Below, piece by piece: positions 1 through 7,102 of a stretch of 10,441 nucleotides of DNA. The stretch comes from a virus (Duplodnaviria > Heunggongvirae > Uroviricota > Caudoviricetes). A program made the translations under genes and the position numbers. The DNA lies in IMG/VR virus record IMGVR_UViG_2681813269_000009; one strand, given 5' to 3'. The notes below the pieces were generated by a model. The model did not search any database, had not been told where the DNA came from, and saw nothing but the letters and a program-made list of their open reading frames with translations. Position 1 is the stretch's first letter; each line of letters opens with the position of its first letter.

Positions 1-54
1 AGGGATTTCTGCACCCTCAAATCATCAGGAGACCGCCCGAAAGGGCGGTAATGA

Positions 55-273
55 ATGGTTACATTATTTAGAAAAAAATATCCGCGAAAGAGTAGAACAA
101 CAGAATTCCTGTTTCTCATTCTGTTTATCGTGTTGATGACACCGATATCCCCGCTAATTTTTGTCTGGATAATCGGAAAAATAATTGAGCCAGTTATTGA
201 ATTGTATAACGACGTGGTATGGGCGTCATTCAACACACTGCACAATAAAATTAATCCGTATAAGGAAAGCTGA
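55..273 (+). CDS. Hypothetical small membrane protein (72 aa)
   Basis: ATG at 55 to TGA at 271-273, ending 1 nt before the next gene start. Hydrophobic stretch LFLILFIVLMTPISPLIFVWIIG. Upstream hairpin ccgcccgaaagggcgg (32-49) and only a weak SD. No family recognised. Confidence 0.3.
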   Translation: MVTLFRKKYPRKSRTTEFLFLILFIVLMTPISPLIFVWIIGKIIEPVIELYNDVVWASFNTLHNKINPYKES

Positions 274-274
274 T

Positions 275-640
275 ATGGCACTGACGAAAAAACAACGTGC
301 AGAACTGCGCATGAAGTTCGGTGGTCGCTGCGCTTATTGCGGCTGCGAACTTGGCGAAAAGTGGCATGCAGACCATGTAAAACCGGTCATTCGTTTTGAT
401 GGAAATATGCTTCACCAGGAACGTGACGATATATCCAACATGGTACCAGCATGCCACCCATGCAATCTGCACAAGCATTGCAGTAGCCTGGAAGATTATC
501 GACGAATTATCAGTGATGGTCGTCGTGAATTCCTTGCGTCCGGGAAAGGCAAAGCGCTGGTTCGTATGGGATTGGTTGAAATGAAATCTGACCCGGTTGT
601 GTTCTGGTTTGAAAAATATCAAGAAGGGGCTACGGCATGA
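275..640 (+). CDS. HNH endonuclease (121 aa)
   Basis: ATG at 275 with SD aaggaaag 7 nt upstream. Motifs CAYCGC ... HADHV ... N ... CHPCNLHKH match the CxxC/HxxH/N/CxxC HNH zinc-finger nuclease pattern. Start chosen at 275 rather than the in-frame ATG at 185. Confidence 0.8.
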   Translation: MALTKKQRAELRMKFGGRCAYCGCELGEKWHADHVKPVIRFDGNMLHQERDDISNMVPACHPCNLHKHCSSLEDYRRIISDGRREFLASGKGKALVRMGLVEMKSDPVVFWFEKYQEGATA

Positions 641-1302
641 CCACTATTACCAAAGAGCGACTGCAATGGCTGGCTAACATTTCTGGCCGCGATGATATTG
701 ACGATATAGACGGCGGTGAAATTCGTGAACTGGCGCTTATCGCTCTGGCATCACTGGAAGCAGAGCCTGTAGCGGAATGCATTGTTGAAGATGGGGGCAT
801 GTGTATTGACGGGTTCGGTGAGTATGTGGGTCACTCGCTGCCTGATGGAATGCATGAGCTTTATGCTGCCCCGCGAATGCGACAACCTGATGGATGGAAA
901 GCCGTAGCTGTAGCGTGGAAGGTGACGTTTACTCAAGTTGACCAGGAATCTAATACGTTCACTGCTATATATTTTGACAAAGCGGAAGTTGAGTGTTGGG
1001 TACGACTGCATAAAGCATGTGATTTTCGGGCAGATATAACACCGCTTTACGCAGCGCCGGCAGTGCCGGTTGCAGTAAACGACGACATGGCTTACGCATT
1101 CCATCACGCACTGTCAGATTCATCGCTTGGCTCTGATGAAATCGAAGAAATTAAAACCGGTTTGCGTGCTGCCTTTGCCAACGTCACTATCCAACCAGAG
1201 CCGATAGTGCCGGATGAAATCGGGCCAAACGATAGTAATACGTTTGATTATGTTGATGGCTGGAACGCCTGCCGCGCTGCCATGCTTAAGGGAGATAAAT
1301 AA
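637..1302 (+). CDS. Hypothetical phage protein, acidic (221 aa)
   Basis: ATGA overlap with the HNH stop (translational coupling). Long uninterrupted ORF, tightly packed in the operon. No family recognised. Confidence 0.7.
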   Translation: MTTITKERLQWLANISGRDDIDDIDGGEIRELALIALASLEAEPVAECIVEDGGMCIDGFGEYVGHSLPDGMHELYAAPRMRQPDGWKAVAVAWKVTFTQVDQESNTFTAIYFDKAEVECWVRLHKACDFRADITPLYAAPAVPVAVNDDMAYAFHHALSDSSLGSDEIEEIKTGLRAAFANVTIQPEPIVPDEIGPNDSNTFDYVDGWNACRAAMLKGDK

Positions 1303-1667
1303 TGATTAATCGAACCAAACTGGAGCACATTCTCGAATATGCCAGGCAGCAGAAATGTATTGGGCAACTTTGTAAAATTCCACCAGGAGATATGGTTGAA
1401 ATCGTGGAAATGGCCATGCGTAAGGCTGGCAACTCTCCGGTAGCTCCGGCTGGCTGGATAAGCTGTAGTGATGCAGTTCCTGCTGAATATTGCGATGTGA
1501 TTCTTCTCGATGATCTCGGGAATGTATTCCCCGGTTCCTGGGATAAGGTTTTTTGCCCCACTCGTGGCGGGAATAAGATGGCTTTTGTGGACAAAGACGG
1601 CGTTGAAGTAGAGAGCTCAACTCACTGGATGCCGCTACCGGAACCACCGCAGGAGGTGAATCAATGA
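1302..1667 (+). CDS. Hypothetical phage protein, possibly DUF551-like (121 aa)
   Basis: TAATG overlap with the preceding stop. SD aagggaga at 1288-1295. W/P-rich C-terminal region (WISCSDAVP ... THWMPLPEPP) recalled as typical of DUF551 nin-region proteins; family call is from memory. Confidence 0.65.
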   Translation: MINRTKLEHILEYARQQKCIGQLCKIPPGDMVEIVEMAMRKAGNSPVAPAGWISCSDAVPAEYCDVILLDDLGNVFPGSWDKVFCPTRGGNKMAFVDKDGVEVESSTHWMPLPEPPQEVNQ

Positions 1668-1747
1668 CCTGGCCTGAGGCATTCACCACGGTAGGAATTG
1701 CGATGGCGGTGGCGCTGGTGGTGTATTCGATTTGCCGCTGGGGATAA
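1664..1747 (+). CDS. Small hydrophobic peptide (27 aa), MTWPEAFTTVGIAMAVALVVYSICRWG
   Basis: ATGA overlap with the upstream stop (1665-1667). Single predicted TM helix. Below the 60-aa cutoff of the ORF track; found by reading the sequence. Confidence 0.4.
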   Translation: MTWPEAFTTVGIAMAVALVVYSICRWG

Positions 1748-1753
1748 AAACGG

Positions 1754-1782
1754 TTTGCGGGAAAAGGAGAGTTAAGTAGAAT
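1754..1782 (+). promoter_or_regulatory. Candidate sigma70 promoter for the hok mRNA
   Basis: -35 TTTGCG (1754-1759), 17-bp spacer, -10 TAGAAT (1777-1782). The predicted start at about 1789 coincides with the 5' fold-back element gggtgcttgagg (1789-1800). Confidence 0.4.
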
Positions 1783-1958
1783 TGCAGCGGGTGCTTGAGG
1801 CTATCTGTCTCAGGCATGAACACCAAAAGGCAGATAGAGAAAAGCCCCAGTTAACATTACGCGTCCGGCAAGACGCTTAACATTAATCTGAGGCTCAATC
1901 TATGAACGGCAAATCTAGGTTAGCCTCTTACGTGCCGAAAGGCAAGGAGAAGCAGGCT

Positions 1959-2114
1959 ATGAAGCAGCAAAAGGCGATGTTAATCGCCCTGATCGTCATC
2001 TGTTTAACCGTCATTGTGACGGCACTGGTAACGAGGAAAGACCTCTGCGAGGTACGAATTCGAACCGGCCAGACGGAGGTCGCTGTCTTCACAGCTTACG
2101 AACCTGAGGAGTAA
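1959..2114 (+). CDS. hokD: Hok/Gef-family type I toxin (51 aa membrane peptide)
   Basis: MKQQKAMLIALIVICLTVIVTALVTRKDLCEVRIRTGQTEVAVFTAYEPEE is the Hok/Gef signature and matches my recollection of E. coli HokD/RelF. SD aaggaga at 1944-1950. The in-frame ATG at 1902 gives an N-terminally extended, mok-like frame. Position is syntenic with hokD in Qin (hok, rem, ydfU, Q). Confidence 0.8.
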   Translation: MKQQKAMLIALIVICLTVIVTALVTRKDLCEVRIRTGQTEVAVFTAYEPEE

Positions 2115-2183
2115 GAGACCAGGCGGGGGAGAAATCCCTCGCCACCTCTGATGGGTCAGGCATCCTCAATGCACCCACACTTA

Positions 2184-2209
2184 ACCCGCTTCGGCGGGTT
2201 TTTGTTTTT
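2184..2209 (+). terminator. Rho-independent terminator of the hok transcript
   Basis: Stem acccgc (2184-2189), loop ttcg, stem gcgggt (2194-2199), followed by tttttgttttt. Confidence 0.65.
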
Positions 2210-2334
2210 ATTTTCAACGCGTTTGAAGTTTTAGATGGTGCCGGAATAGAATCAAAAATACTTAAGTAGCGCGCAGGGAGAAGAGGGATGGACCCCGAAC
2301 AGGGGAGTGCTATTTATCTGGAAGGATTCTGTTG

Positions 2335-2616
2335 ATGAAAATCGAAGAATTACGTGAAATTTTTAGTGAAGATGGCCTCTATACTGTGCGCGTTGAGAAT
2401 GGCGCTATTGTCAGCCACTGCCTTCCAGACTACACAATTCTGATAATTCAGCCGTCTTTGCCAGCAGGCACGGGCGGCGCTCTCACGCATTTAAATCTGA
2501 TTGGTACCAGCATCCCCCATGCACTGAAGAACAGGCCGAATGGCTCATTCAGTGTTACCGCAGGCGCGGATGCGAGGTTAAAAAAGCCCTTAGCCTCGAC
2601 TACCGTCACTGGATAA
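2335..2616 (+). CDS. Hypothetical protein (93 aa), at the rem position of Qin-like prophages
   Basis: ATG at 2335 with SD ggaagga at 2320-2326. Lies between hok and the DUF968 gene as rem does in Qin. Sequence not recognised, so the call rests on position only. Confidence 0.4.
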   Translation: MKIEELREIFSEDGLYTVRVENGAIVSHCLPDYTILIIQPSLPAGTGGALTHLNLIGTSIPHALKNRPNGSFSVTAGADARLKKPLASTTVTG

Positions 2617-2691
2617 TCTCCGTCAGGCTCCCTTACTCCGAACGGCCAACGCGTCCGTCCCGCACATTCCAGCAACGGATCTGGAGGTAAT

Positions 2692-3750
2692 GTGCGGGTA
2701 TTACTTCGACCTGTTCTGGTACCGGAACTCGGTCTGGTTATCGTTAAGCCAGGCCGTGAATCAATGTCAGCATTCCATAACGGCAGAATACTGGTGGAGC
2801 CGGAACCAAAAAGCATGCGTAATCTGCCGTCCGGGGTCGTTCCTGCCGCTCGCCAGCCGCTGGTGGAAGACAAAACATTGCTGCCGTTTTTCAGTAACGC
2901 ACGGGTGATTCGTGCTGCTGGTGGTGCTGGTGCATTGTCTGACTGGCTGTTGCGCCATATTAAATCCTGCCAGTGGCCACACGGCGATTATCATCACAGC
3001 GAAACCGTCATTCACCGTTATGGTACCGGCGCAATGGTGTTGTGCTGGCACTGCGACAACCAGCTGCGTGACCAGACATCCGAATCACTCGAGCAACTTG
3101 CTCATCAAAACCTGTCAGCATGGATGATTGACGTCATCGGTCACGCAATAAGCGGTACGCAGGAGCGTGAATTATCTCTGGCTGAATTATCCTGGTGGGC
3201 GGTCCGCAATCAGGTGGCGGACGCGCTACCGGAAGCGGTATTACGTCGTTCGCTGGGGTTGCGTGCGGAAAAAATTCGCTCTGTGTACAGTGAAAGCGAC
3301 ATCATACCGGGAGAGCAGACAGCCACCAGCATACTGAAGCAGCGCACAAAAAATATTGCGTTACTGCCTCACGTCCACCAGCAACAGAACCCACCACAGG
3401 AAAAGACGGTGGTCAGCATTGCCGTTGATCCGGAGTCACCGGCTCAGTATCTCCAGCGCCAGAAATCACAACGGGAAGAGATGCCTGTATACACGCGCTG
3501 GGTAAAAACGCAGAAATGCATGACGTGTGGCAATCAGGCAGATGATCCGCATCACATCATTGGTCATGGACTGGGAGGGATGGGAACAAAGGCTGATGAT
3601 TTGTTTGTTATTCCGTTATGCCGTAAATGCCGTAACGAACTACATGCCGGAGTAAAAGATTTTGAAGAGAAACACGGCAGTCAGCTGTTGTTGCTGATTC
3701 GTTTTTTAATGCACGCGAGAAATTCGGGTGTTCTGAAGTGGAAAGCATAA
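2692..3750 (+). CDS. DUF968 (YdfU-like) phage protein with C-terminal Cys/His zinc-finger-like motif (352 aa)
   Basis: GTG start at 2692 with SD ggagg at 2683-2687. C-terminal CMTCGN ... DPHHIIGHG ... CRKCRNELH motif. Size and position (between rem-like ORF and rusA/Q) match ydfU of Qin from memory. Confidence 0.7.
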   Translation: MRVLLRPVLVPELGLVIVKPGRESMSAFHNGRILVEPEPKSMRNLPSGVVPAARQPLVEDKTLLPFFSNARVIRAAGGAGALSDWLLRHIKSCQWPHGDYHHSETVIHRYGTGAMVLCWHCDNQLRDQTSESLEQLAHQNLSAWMIDVIGHAISGTQERELSLAELSWWAVRNQVADALPEAVLRRSLGLRAEKIRSVYSESDIIPGEQTATSILKQRTKNIALLPHVHQQQNPPQEKTVVSIAVDPESPAQYLQRQKSQREEMPVYTRWVKTQKCMTCGNQADDPHHIIGHGLGGMGTKADDLFVIPLCRKCRNELHAGVKDFEEKHGSQLLLLIRFLMHARNSGVLKWKA

Positions 3751-4131
3751 ATGACCGAGCGCATAGAATTTGTTTTACCTTACCCGCCGACGGTGAACAC
3801 TTACTGGCGTCGTCGTGGCAGCACATATTTTGTATCAAAAGCCGGGGAGCGTTATCGCCGGGCAGTGGCGCTTATTGTTCGCCAGCAGCGGCTGAAATTA
3901 AGCCTGTCCGGAAGGTTGGCAATAAAAATTATTGCAGAACCACCGGATAAGCGCCGCCGTGACCTGGACAATATTCTGAAAGCGCCGCTGGATGCGCTGA
4001 CGCATGCGGGGTTGCTAATGGACGATGAGCAGTTTGATGAAATCAATATCGTTCGTGGTCAGCCAGTATCTGGTGGACGTCTGGGGGTGAAGATTTACCC
4101 CATAATGCATGAAGAGCAGGTCAAAAAATGA
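3751..4131 (+). CDS. rusA: RusA-family Holliday junction resolvase (126 aa)
   Basis: Motifs PPTVNTYW, RRRDLDN and the acidic DDEQ region resemble E. coli RusA. Start abuts the upstream stop. SD ggaaag. Confidence 0.85.
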   Translation: MTERIEFVLPYPPTVNTYWRRRGSTYFVSKAGERYRRAVALIVRQQRLKLSLSGRLAIKIIAEPPDKRRRDLDNILKAPLDALTHAGLLMDDEQFDEINIVRGQPVSGGRLGVKIYPIMHEEQVKK

Positions 4132-4949
4132 AACTGGAAGATTTACCGAAATACTACTCCCCAAAATCCCCTTGCCTGACCGATGCATCGGCCTCAACGT
4201 CAAAAGATGCGCTGAGTATCACTGATGTGATGGCCGCGCAGGGCATGACACAGAATCGGGCTGAGATGGGGTTTTCTGCGTTCCTGGGGAAAATGGGCAT
4301 CAGTATGAATGACAGGGCGCGGGCAACAGAATTACTGGCAGATTATGCACTCAGTCGGTGCGATCGTGTGGCGGCGTTGAGAAAACTTCCGGCAGAAATA
4401 AAACCGGTAGTGATGCGCATTATGGCTTCGTACGCTTTTGAGGATTATGCCCGCAGCGCAGCGAGTAAAAAGCAGTGCCCTTGTTGCTATGGGGAAAAAT
4501 TTATTGAAAGCGTAGTTTTTACAAACAAGGTCCAGTATCCGGATGGTAAGCCGCCGGTATGGGCAAAGTGTACGAAAGGTGTGTATCCGTCTTACTGGGA
4601 AGAATGGAAAAAAGTCAGGGAGGTGGTAAAAGTTGCCTGTCCGGAGTGTGGCGGAAAGGGTGAGGTTTCCACCGCCTGTAAGGATTGCCGTGGGCGTGGT
4701 GTCGCCATTCATCGTGAAGAGTCGGTAAAACGTGGTATGCCTGTTATCAGAGACTGCCAGCGTTGTGGTGGTCGTGGCTATGAAAGACTACCATCAACGG
4801 AGGCATTTAATGCTATATGCGAGGTGACAAACCAGATAACACGCGCGTCATGGGAAAAAACAGTTAAGAAATTTTATGATGCGCTGGTGACCCGGTTTGA
4901 TATTGAAGAAGCATGGGCTGAGCGGCAGTTAAAAAAGGTAACTAGGTAA
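4128..4949 (+). CDS. Late-gene antitermination protein Q (273 aa)
   Basis: ATGA overlap with the rusA stop. Multiple CxxC pairs (CPCC, CPECGG, CKDCRG, CQRCGG) typical of zinc-binding Q proteins. Immediately followed by a promoter plus short-transcript terminator. Confidence 0.8.
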   Translation: MKLEDLPKYYSPKSPCLTDASASTSKDALSITDVMAAQGMTQNRAEMGFSAFLGKMGISMNDRARATELLADYALSRCDRVAALRKLPAEIKPVVMRIMASYAFEDYARSAASKKQCPCCYGEKFIESVVFTNKVQYPDGKPPVWAKCTKGVYPSYWEEWKKVREVVKVACPECGGKGEVSTACKDCRGRGVAIHREESVKRGMPVIRDCQRCGGRGYERLPSTEAFNAICEVTNQITRASWEKTVKKFYDALVTRFDIEEAWAERQLKKVTR

Positions 4950-4954
4950 CAAGG

Positions 4955-4982
4955 TTGATTTTTCCGGAATCTGTGGTAAATT
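4955..4982 (+). promoter_or_regulatory. Candidate late promoter PR' (with presumed qut region)
   Basis: -35 TTGATT (4955-4960), 16-bp spacer, extended -10 TGgTAAATT (4974-4982), directly downstream of the Q stop. Confidence 0.5.
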
Positions 4983-5030
4983 CGTCATAACGATGGGCGT
5001 TTTATGCCTGACGTTAGAAGAGTTTCTACA

Positions 5031-5053
5031 ACCCGCCGCCGAGCGGGTTTTTT
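5031..5053 (+). terminator. tR'-like Rho-independent terminator
   Basis: Stem acccgc / gcgggt with loop cgccga, then TTTTTT. Lies about 45 nt downstream of the predicted PR' start, as in lambdoid PR'-tR' modules. Confidence 0.6.
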
Positions 5054-5173
5054 ATGACTGAAATCGCGTCAGTACAGTAAACGCGCTGGTGGCGGTGAAT
5101 ACCTGTCTTTCAGCTTGCTGGCTTTTTCGACAAGAGTTATTGGTGTGTCACGTTAACCGGAAAAGGAAAAGAC

Positions 5174-5371
5174 ATGCTAAAACAGCAGGATATGACAGAA
5201 ACCGCCAGAGTGGTGTTTAATGAATTAAGCGTTACCGAACCGGCGACAGTCGGGGAGATAGCGCAGAATACTTACCTTTCACGCGAACGCTGCCAGTTAA
5301 TACTGACCCAGCTGGTTATGGCGGGTCTGGCAGACTATCAGTTCGGTTGTTACAGACGCCTTCCGCAGTGA
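5174..5371 (+). CDS. Small hypothetical protein (65 aa), HTH-like
   Basis: Strong SD aaaggaaaag before ATG at 5174. Segment ATVGEIAQNTYLSRERCQLILTQLVMAGL looks like a helix-turn-helix. Not recognised as a named family. Confidence 0.5.
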   Translation: MLKQQDMTETARVVFNELSVTEPATVGEIAQNTYLSRERCQLILTQLVMAGLADYQFGCYRRLPQ

Positions 5372-5382
5372 AGGCTTTTTTA
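5358..5382 (+). terminator. Candidate Rho-independent terminator overlapping the stop of the 65-aa ORF
   Basis: Stem gcctt / aaggc with loop ccgcagtg, followed by tttttta. Confidence 0.45.
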
Positions 5383-5398
5383 TTTGTGGTAAATGGGC

Positions 5399-5429
5399 GG
5401 CTGGTGGGTGTTAGGGGCACCCACCAGCC
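5399..5429 (+). promoter_or_regulatory. Perfect 12-bp inverted repeat (hairpin or operator candidate)
   Basis: ggctggtgggtg (5399-5410), loop ttagggg, cacccaccagcc (5418-5429). No T-tract follows. Confidence 0.4.
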
Positions 5430-5521
5430 ATCTGCTCATGCGTTGGGTTCACAAGCAAACCTCAGGCCCACTGCTTTGCGCAAAAGCAGAATGAGCCTAT
5501 CAGAGACAGGCTTAATGATCC

Positions 5522-6580
5522 ATGCTTAATACTGTAAAAATATCCAGTTGTGAGTTAATCAACGCCGACTGCCTGGAATTTATCCGGTCGTTACCCGAAA
5601 ATTCTGTTGACCTGATAGTCACGGACCCGCCGTACTTTAAAGTGAAGCCTGAGGGCTGGGATAACCAGTGGAAGGGCGACGATGATTACCTGAAGTGGCT
5701 GGACCAGTGTCTGGCGCAGTTCTGGCGGGTGCTGAAACCTGCCGGAAGTCTTTACCTGTTCTGTGGTCATCGCCTGGCATCTGATATCGAAATCATGATG
5801 CGTGAACGCTTCAGTGTGCTGAACCATATTATCTGGGCGAAGCCGTCCGGACGCTGGAACGGATGCAACAAGGAAAGCCTGCGGGCGTATTTCCCCGCCA
5901 CAGAGCGCATTCTGTTCGCGGAACATTATCAGGGGCCGTATCGTCCGAAAGATGCCGGGTATGCGGCGAAGGGCAGTGCACTGAAACAGCATGTGATGGC
6001 CCCGCTGATTTCTTACTTTCGTGATGCGCGAGCTGCCCTGGGGATAACGGCAAAACAGATTGCAGATGCCACAGGAAAGAAAAACATGGTGTCGCACTGG
6101 TTCAGTGCCGGTCAGTGGCAGTTGCCGAATGAAAGCGATTATCTGAAATTACAGGCGCTGTTTGCCCGGGTGGCAGAAGAGAAGCATCGGCGTGGTGAAC
6201 TGGAAAAGCTCCACCACCAGCTGGTGGATACGTATACCTCACTGAACCGGCAGTATGCGGAGCTGCTGAGTGAATATAAACATCTGCGGCGGTATTTTGG
6301 CGTGACGGTGCAGGTGCCGTATACCGATGTGTGGACGCATAAACCGGTGCAGTTCTATCCCGGGAAACATCCGTGCGAAAAACCGGCAGAAATGCTGCAG
6401 CAGATAATCAGCGCTAGCAGTCGTCCGGGTGACCTGATTGCAGATTTTTTCATGGGGTTGGGTTCGACAGTGAAAGCGGCACTGGCGCTCGGGCGTCGTG
6501 CAATTGGCGTTGAGCTGGAGACTGAACGTTTTGAGCAGACGGTTCGGGAAGTACAGGATTTAGTCAGCCAGAACGGATGA
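5522..6580 (+). CDS. DNA amino-methyltransferase (N6-adenine or N4-cytosine), orphan (352 aa)
   Basis: DPPY catalytic motif at aa 35-38 (nt 5624-5635) and a C-terminal FxGxG AdoMet motif (DFFMGLGST), the order seen in beta-class amino-MTases. No restriction endonuclease partner in the window. Confidence 0.85.
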   Translation: MLNTVKISSCELINADCLEFIRSLPENSVDLIVTDPPYFKVKPEGWDNQWKGDDDYLKWLDQCLAQFWRVLKPAGSLYLFCGHRLASDIEIMMRERFSVLNHIIWAKPSGRWNGCNKESLRAYFPATERILFAEHYQGPYRPKDAGYAAKGSALKQHVMAPLISYFRDARAALGITAKQIADATGKKNMVSHWFSAGQWQLPNESDYLKLQALFARVAEEKHRRGELEKLHHQLVDTYTSLNRQYAELLSEYKHLRRYFGVTVQVPYTDVWTHKPVQFYPGKHPCEKPAEMLQQIISASSRPGDLIADFFMGLGSTVKAALALGRRAIGVELETERFEQTVREVQDLVSQNG

Positions 6581-6620
6581 TATTGAAGAATTAATTACGC
6601 GTCGTTATTATGCGGCTCCC

Positions 6621-6696
6621 GGCCCTTTAGCTCAGTGGTGAGAGCGAGCGACTCATAATCGCCAGGTCGCTGGTTCAAATCCAGCAAGGGCCACCA
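6621..6696 (+). tRNA. tRNA-Ile2 (anticodon CAT, lysidine type; Met not excluded)
   Basis: Hand-folded cloverleaf: acceptor ggccctt / aagggcc, anticodon loop ctCATaa, T-loop ttcaaat, 3' CCA. Closely resembles E. coli ileX and the ileZ of Stx phages, from memory. Confidence 0.8.
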
Positions 6697-6703
6697 TCAC
6701 ATA

Positions 6704-6780
6704 CCGCCATTAGCTCATCAGGAAAGAGCGCCAGCCTTCGAAGCTGGCTGCGCGGGGTTCAAGTCCCCGATGGCGGTCCA
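6704..6780 (+). tRNA. tRNA-Arg (anticodon TCG)
   Basis: Acceptor ccgccat / atggcgg, D-stem gctc / gagc, anticodon stem ccagc / gctgg with loop ctTCGaa, T-arm cgggg-ttcaagt-ccccg, discriminator t, CCA. Confidence 0.75.
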
Positions 6781-6793
6781 TTATCTGCATCAT

Positions 6794-6833
6794 GCGTTGT
6801 TAGCTCAGCCGGACAGAGCAATTGCCTTCTAAG
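6794..6833 (+). tRNA. tRNA-Arg (TCT), 5' part only, truncated by assembly gap
   Basis: Identical to the first 40 nt of the complete tRNA at 7103-7179, then runs into N at 6834. Confidence 0.5.
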
Positions 6834-6982
6834 NNNNNNNNNNNNNNNNNNNNNNNNNNNNNNNNNNNNNNNNNNNNNNNNNNNNNNNNNNNNNNNNNNN
6901 NNNNNNNNNNNNNNNNNNNNNNNNNNNNNNNNNNNNNNNNNNNNNNNNNNNNNNNNNNNNNNNNNNNNNNNNNNNNNNNNNN
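6834..6982. other. Assembly gap (149 N)
   Basis: Run of N. Confidence 1.
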
Positions 6983-7002
6983 AAATCCAGCAAGGGCCAC
7001 CA
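6983..7002 (+). tRNA. 3' end fragment of a second tRNA-Ile2 copy
   Basis: aaatccagcaagggccacca is identical to 6677-6696 and emerges from the gap. Confidence 0.5.
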
Positions 7003-7009
7003 TCACAAA

Positions 7010-7089
7010 CCGCCATTAGCTTATCAGGAAGAGCAGACGACACGATAACAGGGTTGTTGGTGCGGGGGCGGGTCCCCGATGGCGGTCCA
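7010..7089 (+). pseudogene. Degenerate tRNA-Arg-like element
   Basis: Keeps the acceptor stem (ccgccat / atggcgg), a D-arm and 3' CCA of the Arg-TCG tRNA. The anticodon and T arms are replaced by gacgacacgataacagggttgttggtgcgggggcgggt, which has no canonical 7-nt anticodon loop or TTC T-loop. Confidence 0.45.
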
Positions 7090-7102
7090 TTATCGGTATT
7101 CA

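Noticed and set aside
185-274. N-terminal extension of the HNH ORF from the ATG at 185
   Set aside because: It overlaps the upstream ORF and has no SD, whereas the ATG at 275 has a good SD (aaggaaag) and yields a compact HNH protein.
251-622. Minus-strand ORF of 123 aa, and plus-strand 62-aa ORF at 396-584
   Set aside because: Both lie entirely inside the HNH gene in other frames; the plus-strand operon frame carries the recognisable motifs.
751-1689. Minus-strand ORFs 751-1107, 1286-1594 and 1306-1689
   Set aside because: They are antisense to tightly coupled plus-strand genes, have no RBS or motifs, and are rich in Arg, Ser, Cys and His as expected for antisense frames.
1902-1958. Extended 70-aa hok ORF starting at 1902
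   Set aside because: Hok-family toxins are about 50 aa and the SD aaggaga precedes ATG 1959. The upstream ATG is better read as a mok-like regulatory frame, so it is kept as a note only.
2448-3127. Overlapping ORFs 2448-2873(-), 2690-2908(+), 2767-3051(-) and 2912-3127(+)
   Set aside because: They are shadow frames of the DUF968 gene, which has the SD-supported start and conserved C-terminal motif.
3608-4712. ORFs 3608-3838(-), 3738-3950(+), 3852-4046(-), 4015-4203(-) and 4332-4712(-)
   Set aside because: They lie antisense to or out of frame within rusA and Q, which are supported by motifs and translational coupling.
5347-5529. Plus-strand ORF of 60 aa spanning the terminator and the 12-bp hairpin
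   Set aside because: It runs through structured intergenic DNA and has no RBS; more likely non-coding.
5591-6097. Minus-strand ORFs inside the methyltransferase gene
   Set aside because: Antisense shadow frames; the plus frame carries the DPPY and FxGxG motifs.
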